64,000 nucleotides of DNA from Hormiphora californensis (lineage: Eukaryota > Animalia > Ctenophora), in NCBI GenBank assembly GCA_020137815.1, contig CM035353.1:7564001-7628000 (forward strand), written 5' to 3'. Below, piece after piece: positions 11,085 through 22,275 of this stretch. Numbering within the stretch: position 1 is the first letter of the stretch; the number at the start of each line of letters is the position of its first letter. The position numbers and the translations under genes were made by a program. The notes below the pieces were generated by a model. It was not told where the DNA came from. It ran no database searches and saw nothing but the letters and a program-made list of their open reading frames with translations.

Positions 11085-14000
11085 AACGTGAAAGGTAACA
11101 TTATGTCGATAAACGTTATCGACACTCTATACGCAATTGTATGTAAAGTAGCATAATGTTCAGAATTATTATAGGCGACACATTGGTTTAGATTAAACGA
11201 ATAAATTTACGAACCAGCTCTCACAATGACAAGCTAAAGTCCTATATCCTATAAAGTCCTATATCCTATAAAGGCTTCTCTAACATTACAGCCTTCAACA
11301 CTATGAGGCTATAAAGGTATTGTAGACCACTAGAGCCCTATATAGAAACCTATAACTTTCTGACTATGTAAAGCGGAGTTTGATGTCATTTTCTAGGCCA
11401 CACTACTATACTATGGTAAACACACACACATAGCACCACACCTTATCAATAAAGAAGTGATCATCACTGCATATATCATATAGGGTGGGGTACAGTACTA
11501 TAATATGTGCAGCATATATGTTCTTCATGAATAACCCATTAATCAAGAAGTCAACTAGATATCGTTAATAATTGCTATTACCCAATTCCGCATAACCGCG
11601 ATCGGCCTACCTGTGCAGCTCACAGGATCCTAGAAACTAGAAAGTTGTTTACTGTTTAGAACATAACAATATGCTGATCCAGAACTGATGCTCTATAGTA
11701 ATGATAAAACTGTAATAATGTGGTGAACAATGCTAGTATCATGCACCACAGTACATGTGTGCAGCAGAAAGAATAATGCTTTTTATATGTAGTGAAACAG
11801 CTAAAGAGATCGAAACTTTATGCAATCGATAAACATAATGTTGATTGTCGATTCAGCACGAGAGAGCTCAATTGATTTAATTCCACTGAAGAGTGAAGAG
11901 ATCCATCTAGGATCGAAACAATTGTTTGGTAAAACATACTTGTTTTAATTTGTTCGTACAATCGAGAAACATAAAAGGGAGAGAGTCTCTACAATTGTTT
12001 ATAACAATTATATATGTACCTATACCCTACTGCATGTAATCTTTATTAAAGGCGGAAATGGTTATATGCTATAAAGTGCATACATCGCGGCTTGAATGTA
12101 GGAAGTTGTACTTATAGTAGTACAGATTGTGTCGCTCACCTAGTACCGTCTCTGTGGGCTGGTTCGGTACTCGGTAGATCAACTAGTTATACAGATAGAC
12201 AACAAAAGTGCTGCAACTACTGCATTGGGTATCGTTTGTGTAGCCTATTTTTATCTATTCGACTTGTTATACCGAACAAGTAACACTTACCATGAAAACC
12301 AATTAATATATAGTCTATATAATAACGGGTAGTCATCGAATAATCAATCAAAACAACTGTATTACCTAAATTTAGGGTTGATCACATGTGGGTATTTTCT
12401 CGAGTTACAACTTATAATAGACTGGCTAAATTATGCAAGGTAGCGCCTGAAAAAGCAAAAGCGACTTCTGAAGAATTATACAACATCAAAGTTAATTGTA
12501 AAAAGCTACCGCCCTATTAGACAGCTCATAAACACGTCTAGATACACACATGATTGTTCTTTGATGCCATGCTACTAAAAACACACACACAGCCTGGTGA
12601 CGGGTTACTAACGCGTCACCACGTTGTGTTTGTATGGTAGATACGTGCACAGCTAAACGTACTGATAGAATTAGAGAAAACACTGCACTGTATGTGTACA
12701 CATCATGTGAAGCGTGAAACAGCGTGTGAAAAACAACACAGTACATATTATATATGGTGTCGACAGTCATGATAGATGATATGCATAATTAAATGAACTG
12801 TCGTATCCAATAATCAGACAGTATTACAAAACCCAATTGTGGTGGCAGCTTTGAGTTCTACTTTAGTTTTTCTAATTTCAAGTATAGTCAGAACTCAGAA
12901 TCTTTACTTCACCGGCACACTACAGGGCGGGAGATCAAAGCATGGAATTATAAACTGTACTTACGTGATTATGTAGACCTCCCATGATAATTCCAATAAT
13001 CTTCCCTTGTCGAAAAAGGAGGAGGCTCAGATGTGCGGATCAAAGATGCAGCTGTTATATGTTGAGGAATGTAGGTTTTCGTGCATGTACCTAAAAGTGA
13101 GGGGAATCATTAGTTTACAAATTATAAAATAAATAGTTATTAGCTGAGATGTTAGCTAGACTGATCTACAATAATCATCTCTATTATATGAGTTGGAGAT
13201 GTCGCGTCGAAGTGATGGTCGTTGATTCAGCGCGTTGTTAGGAGATAGTGCTCCTTCATAAAATATTTTTGCACCCAAACAGGCTGTTATTCACACTTTT
13301 GGGAGTTTGTGATTATTTTAGAACATATTTTAGCGATTCAGTCTACATGGCAACAGTAAAAATTAGAGAATAAAGAGGGCTATCCGGCGGAATCGGGTGG
13401 GTTTGTCATGTCATGCTTGAGGTGCACCCGTGGTGGGTGCGCTATAGTAGTTCTATAAATTCAATGTGATTCTCATTCGGTTGATAGAATAGAAAATTAG
13501 CACAGCTGTGAACTACTGGTGATAATTGCAATGAACAACGATTGCAATTGAATAGAAGATTGAATAGAAAATCACAGTCTGTATGATATACATCTCTTCT
13601 ATTTCCGGTTACAAATCTTCATCAGCTACAATTATGTGAACAAAACAAACGCATGGCTATTATAATATACTGGAAATTATAGTTTCAGCAGCGGTCCCTC
13701 GCTAAACTATTTGAGTCGCCGCGCTATGAACAATTCAACTAAGAGCTCTAATTCAGTTCCACAATAATGGCTGCCATATAATAATTGTTAACAACAAGGG
13801 AGCAGTTCTTCACGTGTCAATAAAACCAAAGTAATTGTTACGCGGTATAACTACGCCGCCGAGACACAGAGAAAGAGAGCTGGAAACCATTTTATAGAGG
13901 AGGGTGCAATTATTTGTAATTATATGACCACAAAAATTGTTTCTAGCCCATATAAACGCACAAATATTCGACACGCACCGACACACTTTTCTCACGTGCA

Positions 14001-14861
14001 CTTACAAATGAACCACCCTGAAGTTCCGAAGATATATAATTGTACAGAACACGTGAATTAGCTTCCTGCAGGCCTGTAGCAGTTGTGATAGCTCAAACTT
14101 GTTAGTGAGAACAGAGTGGTGTGGACTGTGGGACACGCTATGTCATGGGTGTAATAATAATTGATAAGAACTTGTAATTAAATTGTGTATTGTACACAGT
14201 TGTGCAGAGCACACAACCACCAAGTCAAAACTCTGATCTTACTGTGCACTTAATGTTCTGGTGGCTGTTGTTACTATAACACGTGCAGTTAGACCCCACG
14301 TGCGAACCAATAGTTTAATTACTCTCCAAGCAGCAAGAATACTTGTGCACGTGCTGAGCTCTCGGAAAAGACTGCCATGTATATTGCAACGGAGCGGGGA
14401 AGGGGTGTTAATATAATGGGGCATTATTAAGAGGGCTATTATCTGTAACTGGGCAGCCGGGATTATCAAGACCTAAACGTTTCTTTGCTCCAGTGCGGTA
14501 CCTCATGGGATTGAGAGTCTATTACTATAACTATAATCATAGAGCACAATAGGTGTGTGTGGCTCTAGGTTTTAGCGTACCAAACTCTGCGGCACAACAG
14601 AACTTGTATTGTTCATACTATTATGCAACAGCACAAGGTGCAACAGCACAAGACAGAACGGTGTTGCAAGAGCACAATAGGTTATATTGTAGAGTCTCAG
14701 TCTATACACCATTACTGCACCACTATCACCTAATCTCCATAGAAAGATTGTATCCTATCAAATGGTACATGTGTAATAGATCCTCAGGCAAACAAAGAGC
14801 CAATATCCCAGCAGCCAGCTGTGATTTAATACTAATATATTATATAGACTAATACTAATAT

Positions 14862-15365
14862 AGAGAGTTGATCTTGTCTCCTGGCCCAGGAGAGTTGATC
14901 TTGTCTCCTTGCCCAGGAGAGTTGATCTTGTCTCCTGGCCCAGGAGAGTTGATCTTGTCTCCTGGCCCAGGAGAGTTGATCTTGTCTCCTGGCCCAGGAG
15001 AGTTGATCTTGTCTCCTGGCCCAGGAGAGTTGATCTTGTCTCCTGGCCCAGGAGAGTTGATCTTGTCTCCTGACCCAGGAGAGTTGATCTTGTCTCCTGG
15101 CCCAGGAGAGTTGATTGTGTCTCCTGACCCAGGAGAGTTGATCTTGTCTCCTGGCCCAGGAGAGTTGATCTTGTCTCCTGGCCCAGGAGAGTTGATCCTG
15201 TCTCCTGGCCCAGGAGAGTTGATCTTGTCTCCTGGCCCTGGAGAGTTGATCTTGTCTCCTGGCCCTGGAGAGTTGATCTTGTCTCCTGGCCCAGGAGAGT
15301 TGATCCTGTCTCCTGGCCCAGGAGAGTTGATCCTGTCTCCTGGCCCAGGAGAGTTGATCTTGTCT
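14862..15365. repeat. 27-bp minisatellite, ~18.5 copies
   Basis: Unit ggagagttgatcttgtctcctggccca. Confidence 0.95.
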
Positions 15366-16624
15366 TCTATCATTGATAGGCGCGATGTGAGGGTGGAGGT
15401 GGTACACTTGGAACACAAAACAATGGACCTGGCCTGGTCTGATGAATATCAAACACTGTCTATATGTTAATGAGCTGTGGCTTGGGTGTACAATTAAGAG
15501 AATCCATCCAACCGCCAAATCTGAGGGGAAATGGGGAAGCTCCGTTCTTCAGACCACCACCTAGGAACCAGTCATCTGTCCGTGAGTATGTGAATTTTAG
15601 TAGGGTATAATATGGCTGGTACGCGGTATACTCGGTTGATGTGAGCCATATATAGCTGAATTATACTAGCATCCCTCCCAAATTCATGGTTACACGGGAG
15701 ATTACGGGGGCTCGAATAGATCGTATAGATCGTATACGTGTCACATTGGGTAAGAGAGGGACCGAGAGAAATAATACTAATATTTTTCGCTATTTAAATA
15801 ATGGACTAGACTTTCAACACTCTGCGTCTCAAATAAATCTACAGATAGACAGGTAGAGACCGTTACGTAGACTTCAAAACTAAAAATCAAACTCAGCCAA
15901 ATTCTTAGAGTCCTCTCTAGATTTAGATTCCGCAGTCCGCTGCAAATCCAAAAGAAAGGTTGGAACGTGAGACGTCTAGTCCCCTACATTGTATTATAGT
16001 ATAGAACGTATTATAATATGAACAATACAATTATGTTCCTATAGATCCTATATGTGTATAAAGAGCATTATAAGTAAATGCATTGTTCTGGAGGACTCTG
16101 CAACAAGGACATATAATAGCTGTTGTCTCTCCTGACCGTCTAATGAGAGAAAAAAAGATAGAGACAACTTGACAGAGACAAAGATAGATTGAAGATTCCC
16201 CTAAGGCCTAAAATGAGGCTATTAAATCGTGATTATGGGTCAGCACACACCTACGGCAAAATTAAAATTAAAATTTTAATTTTAAACCCAGCCACACCAA
16301 CAACTGTTAATGTTAAAAATTCTCTCCCCTATTCTCACAGTCACAATCTCGTGTGCCATTTTGACACTGTTAAAATGTCGCGTTGGATGACAAAATGTCG
16401 CGTGAGAATAGAGGATTTTTAACATTAACAGTTGTTGGTGTAGAGGGAAGTAATTTTGATATCTCCTTCTGGTGATCAACACACACACACGCCCTCTGTA
16501 CAACAGTTTAATGGGGAATCTCAGACTTACACGGGCAGAACTCGGTTAAGGAGAGATTAATTAGTATTCTGAATAATGAGTTCAGAGCAAGAATTAAATA
16601 GGGAAGAAAATCGAAAAATACTGT

Positions 16625-16696
16625 GTTTGACCGGGAATTGAACCAGGGACCTCCAGAGAGACATGCTCGGAGCTATAAACCACTAAGCTACCAAAC
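16625..16696 (-). pseudogene. tRNA-like sequence (degenerate tRNA or SINE head)
   Basis: Minus strand reads gtttggtagcttagtggt...ggttcaattcccggtcaaac: A box, B box and a pairing acceptor-like stem, followed by a T run. The anticodon arm is irregular. Confidence 0.55.
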
Positions 16697-16728
16697 CCTA
16701 ACACCTCTTCACCAGTCCCCCTATATAA

Positions 16729-17471
16729 GGGGGACCGCATACAGCACCGGTGCGAACTCCAGTAACGTCGCACCACATACTGTCGGTGGAAACTTCAGTA
16801 CAGTGGGTGTATGTGGTGCCTCTTACTGAACAATCAATAAAAAACCTTCAAAACAAGCTAAAAACACGTAATTTTTTTTTCTCTACCTCCTTTTCTCTCT
16901 CTTGTTATGTTTATCTCCACTTATCTTTCTCTTATCTTTCCCGATTGCAGCACATATTTTCTCGATATGTCGGATAATCTCGCCCTTGTTCTAGGTGTGG
17001 CCCTTTCTGTCGTAGTGAGAGTGCGTGCGCCTCTTATTGGTTGCTGTGGTGTGGGTGTGTGTGTATTGTGAGATGCAGGTCTGTCATTGGCTAGTGCGCG
17101 CACCGTGACCCCCATGTGACCTTTCAGTTCAGTACGAAGAGCACATACAGCACCGTACTGATCTTTTCTGAGCTAAGCTCACGTGAGATTGTGTACTGAT
17201 AGTCCCACCGATATTTATCAGTAACAGAGCAACTTACAAAAAAGTTCGGGTATTTATGTGTTTGGGGTATACTAACCCGCGCGCCACCGCCACACGTATT
17301 TTGATTGGGTTGTTAGCACTCATGCCGCGTGAGTAAGTTAACCCTTGCGCGGCTCTCACATGTATTTTGATACAAACATACCCGAGTACTTATGGTTAAC
17401 TAACCCGGGTACTTTTTTGTAAGTTGGTCCCTAAGAGGCACCACGTACGGCAGTGCTGTATGTGGTCCCCC
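16729..17471. mobile_element. PIF/Harbinger (Tourist-like) MITE
   Basis: TIRs gggggaccgcatacagcac / gtgctgtatgtggtccccc; TAA TSD at 16726-16728 and 17472-17474. Confidence 0.75.
17225..17431. mobile_element. Harbinger-type MITE nested in 16729-17471
   Basis: cagagcaacttacaaaaaag ... cttttttgtaagttggtccc with TAA TSD. Removing it restores cagtaagaggcaccac, the inverse of the host element's left subterminal sequence at ~16814. Confidence 0.8.
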
Positions 17472-17528
17472 TAACGCGAACCACTCAAGTATTGCTTACT
17501 TGTACAACATAATTTATATTGAAGTATT

Positions 17529-17531
<3 letters not shown>

Positions 17532-17608
<77 letters not shown>
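17532..17608. repeat. (GA)n microsatellite
   Basis: GA run. Confidence 0.95.
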
Positions 17609-17612
<4 letters not shown>

Positions 17613-17771
17613 GGGGGGGGGAGAGAGAGATACAGAGATACAGAGAGCGAAAGAGACAGATAGACGAAGATAGTGATCTTTCTAATGGATCTTGCTCCTT
17701 ATAGAATACTCCATAGCTAGCCTCTACAGTCTACACCTTACGTCGTCTTTAGATACCATATATGTGTATTA

Positions 17772-17981
17772 CAGAGCAACTTACAAAAAAGTTCGGGTAC
17801 TTTTGTGTTTGGGGTAAGTTAATTACCTGTGCACGATAGCCACACGTATTTTGATTGGGTTGTCAGCACGAGTGCTGCGCGGGTATGTTCGGGTAAGTTA
17901 ACCCTCACACGTCTTTTGATACAAAGTACTCGAGTAGCTTGTGGTTAACATACCCGGGTTCTATTTTTGTAAGTTGGTCCC
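17772..17981. mobile_element. Second copy of the Harbinger-type MITE
   Basis: Same termini as 17225-17431; TTA TSD. A partial third copy lies at ~41383. Confidence 0.8.
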
Positions 17982-18515
17982 TTACCGGACCATGTTTCAT
18001 TGTGTGGAATTTGATTGATCATGTGAGTTATGAGAAATGACTCGACATGCACCTTGCTAAGTTAGACTGTTTGAACAAGACACACCATGGTATAAAAAGT
18101 TTCTTTCCAGTACAAGCCTCACATGGCTCGTTTCCATCTTGGAAAATGGAAATACCAATTGTTTTCTGTAGCCGTAATTCTTGTCATCGTCGGAATAGGC
18201 CGTGGGCGCGTAAAATAATAATAAAAATGATAGAACCTGATATATCAGGTTCTATTATAGAACCTGCAGTAGCTTCAATATTTGATTTTGAAAGTCACAC
18301 AGCCGACTTTTCTTTTTTATTGGGGAAAATGATTAGTCTACTAATTTGCACAAAGAAATTAATTCGAGATTTGCCCCATGTATGGACAACCAGATTTCAA
18401 TTAATCATGTAGGGGCATGGTAATCAGGTTGAACTAGAAAGCCTACATGGCTGCTGACAGTATTTTGTTAGGACTTGCAACGCGTTGTGCCTCACGAGAA
18501 ACTGGAGAAAAACGG

Positions 18516-18572
18516 AGAAGGGAGAGAGAGAGAGAGGGAGAGAGAGAGAGTGAGAGAGAGGGAGGGAGGGAG

Positions 18573-18621
<49 letters not shown>

Positions 18622-18727
18622 AGAGAGAGAGAGGAGATAGAGAGAGAGAGAGCTAGAGAGAGAGCTAGAGGAGGGAAGGGGGTGAGAGAGAGAGAGATAG
18701 AAAAAAGAGAGAGAGAGGAGAGAAGAG

Positions 18728-18773
<46 letters not shown>

Positions 18774-18783
18774 GAGGGAGAAA
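18516..18783. repeat. Compound GA-rich microsatellite
   Basis: Interrupted GA/GGA runs. Confidence 0.9.
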
Positions 18784-19702
18784 GGACTGCATAGTGATGA
18801 GCTAGTGAGCTGGGTTAAAGTTCATAATTCGGTTGGTTGTAGGCTCACGATGCGACCATGAGAGGCTTCCCGGGATGGGATTTGCCACCGCTGGGGGTTG
18901 TTTAAGTGCACATAATTTGTTCATGCTATGCAGAGCATTTTATAGGGTTAAGTGTTCATATAATGCTTAATGCTATCATATATTGTAGTCTCCTCATGCA
19001 CCGTGCATTGCACGACCAATATATCGATTTAAATACTTAGTCGTTATTTATATCTTTTTTGTACTACTTATAAGTTAAATTTATGTGCGTACGTCCCTTA
19101 CAGCTGTTTGATTGCTTGCTGCGCTCCTTAGTAGCAGTACTGCAGCATGCAAATATTATAGTATAGTGACTGCAGATCTTGCAATGACGACATATTGGTA
19201 TTGTCAAAGAAATTGATAATTATAAGGCAAATTATTGTAAGTAGAGGGAAAGGAAGAAATATATTGAATAGGTAGAGTTACTGAGGTAAAGTGAAGATAT
19301 CGATATCTTCACTTAACCGAGCCGCTCTTATCATCTTATACCACCTTGATAGCTGCAGTATTTTATGCAATCATTCGTAAATGATTTATAAATGCATAAA
19401 TAGTTTATACAACTTTATCCAAAATATATTTAGTTCTCGCGTGTAGGAGAAGATAGCCGTGATATGTACCATACCAGCTATTTGCAGATAAGTGTTTTCG
19501 TGAGTCTTAATCGAGGTCAGCCGCTGTACCTATCTATCTGCTACTAACTTATAGCCACTCCAACCTCTCTCTTCTCGTGTGTACAGAGGTGGTGGAATGA
19601 TTTTCTCCAGGGAGGGAGGAGGGGTTGGTAATGAAATTACCCCTCTGTTATTATAATTGCTCACGGCCCGGAGTATATATACTGCATATATGCAATAAAA
19701 GG

Positions 19703-20900
19703 GGTTGTTGTTGTTGTTGTATGCGCCTCCGCTTCCAATCCTCTACTTGTGATTTTATCCCGTCCGGCAGCCAGTTCCTCACGCCCGAGAAGGACGGAGC
19801 TCAGGTTCCAGAGTTTCCTCTTTCCCCCGGGAGAGTTTTCTTCCTCCGTCTTATGACCATGGTTTTGGAGATAAGGGTGGAATCGTCTCCCATAACTATC
19901 TTAACAGGTCCCATGAAGAGGACCGCACCAGCACTGTTTTCACATTGTGCCAGTCTCGGATATCTCCAGCGACCCTTGGTGAGTGGCATCTCAGCATTGA
20001 TCGCTCTAGATGTGGCCTTGGCTAGGACAATTCGGACGCTCCATTGACTATGGCACCTTTGTAGATTTTGCGCTGCCAACCTCTGATTTGTAATCAGTAC
20101 TCCATGTGGGTTCATGGAACATCACTTTTTGTTCGTGATGCAGATGCAGCGTCCGGCCGTTCATGGGGTAGTTAGGGCAGGTTCCTTCCCAATTAACGGA
20201 ACTCTGGCGTGTGAAATGTTTAGTGGGTTAGGTATCTATGTGCGTCACTCATAGAAATTTGTTTTGTAGCATGGGATAGTGGTTTGTTCTGTTTGTTGAT
20301 CAGGTTTTTGTGGAGGCTTGTTTGTTAGTAGAGAGTGATGATGTTGGTTTGTTACCTTCATCGTTTGGGGGGTAATCGCCATTTGGGAATATCCTACGCT
20401 TCTCATGGACTTTTGAAGAAGCGTAGGTAGTAGCGAGGCTACTGGTTAGTGTAGTTTCTCCCTGTTGGGCTACGGAAACACCCCTTGAGTTTATCTCGAC
20501 CTCGGCGTGGGAATTTTGCCGAGTGTCGGTGGTAGCTAACCAGTTATGACCTAGCTTGTTAGACCTTTTATACCTGTCCAGAGGCTAGGTGGACAGAAGG
20601 TAGATGTGGGCCAGTTGAGATTAGACCTCCTCCAGCCTGGACTTTTGCTGGAGGACGGGTTTTGGCCGGTATTTAGCCATCTACTTTGGCCCAGTGCACA
20701 GGGCTGGGGAGATGGTGTAATACCGGCCGGGGGTATCTCTATTCAGAGAGAGATGAGTCATGAGCGGATTAGAGAAAGGAAGAGAGAAAAACACACCACC
20801 CAAGGAGGGCAGCTCTGTTTCCTTGGAGTGGTATGTGAGATGCTCCAGGCAGTTCAAGAGCTTCATGGTTTACCCCGGGGTATGCCGGGTCACCCCTGAA
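19703..20900 (-). mobile_element. Possible decayed non-LTR retrotransposon (RTE-like) 3' portion
   Basis: GC-richer, coding-like minus-strand sequence ending in a (caa)n tail at ~19704-19720. Only weak resemblance to RTE C-terminal motifs. Confidence 0.3.
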
Positions 20901-21470
20901 GATTCCCTGCCTGGTCTGTAGGACACTATTGCTATCTAAAAAAATAGACATTAGCCGCGGCCTGCATCTCAAGGGCGTGGGAAGGAATCTCACCCTCCAA
21001 TATAATAAAAGGGGTGACTTCGTAACCAAGATGAGGGGGCTGACCAAATTTTTGTTGAGATTGTTTTTTCAAGCAAAATTTGCTCGATTTTTCCTGTGCA
21101 AATTGAATATTTCGGGTGGAGCGATAGAGGAGCCCAAAAAATTTTGTTTTTATTTTCGGACAAAAAGTCGATATGTTTTCATCGTCTGAGATATTATTTT
21201 TCGACTTCGGGCGGAGCGACAGCGAAGCCCGGAAAAGTTTTGGACGAAAAGTTCAGTGTTTTGAGCTCATTTTTGCCAAAACTTCAGCCCCCCCCCCCCC
21301 CGGTTCCGCAACCCCTGCGTGTATGTACATATTGCCACTTTATCAAGGCGAGTGCCGACCCCCCTCCTAATGGATTTATTTGTAGGGATGAGACTCCGGT
21401 AATTGTTGTCTGAGTGTAGACTGTCAGAGCATTGGCCTGACAGAGTGTATATGATATATTTATTACAGAT

Positions 21471-22139
21471 ATGAAAGAGGTTTCCATAGTGGATGATATT
21501 CTTGGCATAACTTTGTTCACTATCTGTCTAACTGGGTAAGTGATATATGGTTAACGTAGTATTGATTTGTTGAGTAACAGTTAGTATTGATCATGGCTAA
21601 CATAACCCTCTATTTGTAGTGTACTAGGTAACATCTGGATGCTGTTGTCCCTAGCAAGAAGGGATCGTAACAAGGTTCTACATTGTACTATCCTCCTCCA
21701 ACTGGCCCATACAGATCTCATCACATGTGTTATCTGTACACCCTTCTCAGGTACACTGCACTATAATATGATATGTGATCAGCTGACTTGCAATTCGTTA
21801 GATCAAGATTTTAGAGAGTGACTTGTGTGCTGACCCTAAGATAAAGACTTGATCTTTGTTGCATTAAAAAGATCTTAAAATTATTTTTCCGACGCTTGCT
21901 GGAACCATTAAAAGTAACAAATATAGGTACCCATTAACACATTGATGTGATATCATGTTTGTTAAAGGCTTGATCTCTCTCGAAATCTTTCTCTTTCTCT
22001 TTCTCTCTGCCTTTTTCTATCTCTCTCTTTCTTTCTCCCTTTTTCTATCTCTCTCTCTTTCTCGCTATTGCCATTTTGGTGATAGGAGTCAGCCGGGGTT
22101 TTGTCTTATAATATAATGAGTGTATATTGATCTTACCCT

Positions 22140-22205
<66 letters not shown>

Positions 22206-22225
22206 TCTCCCTCCTCGTTCTCTCT

Positions 22226-22275
<50 letters not shown>

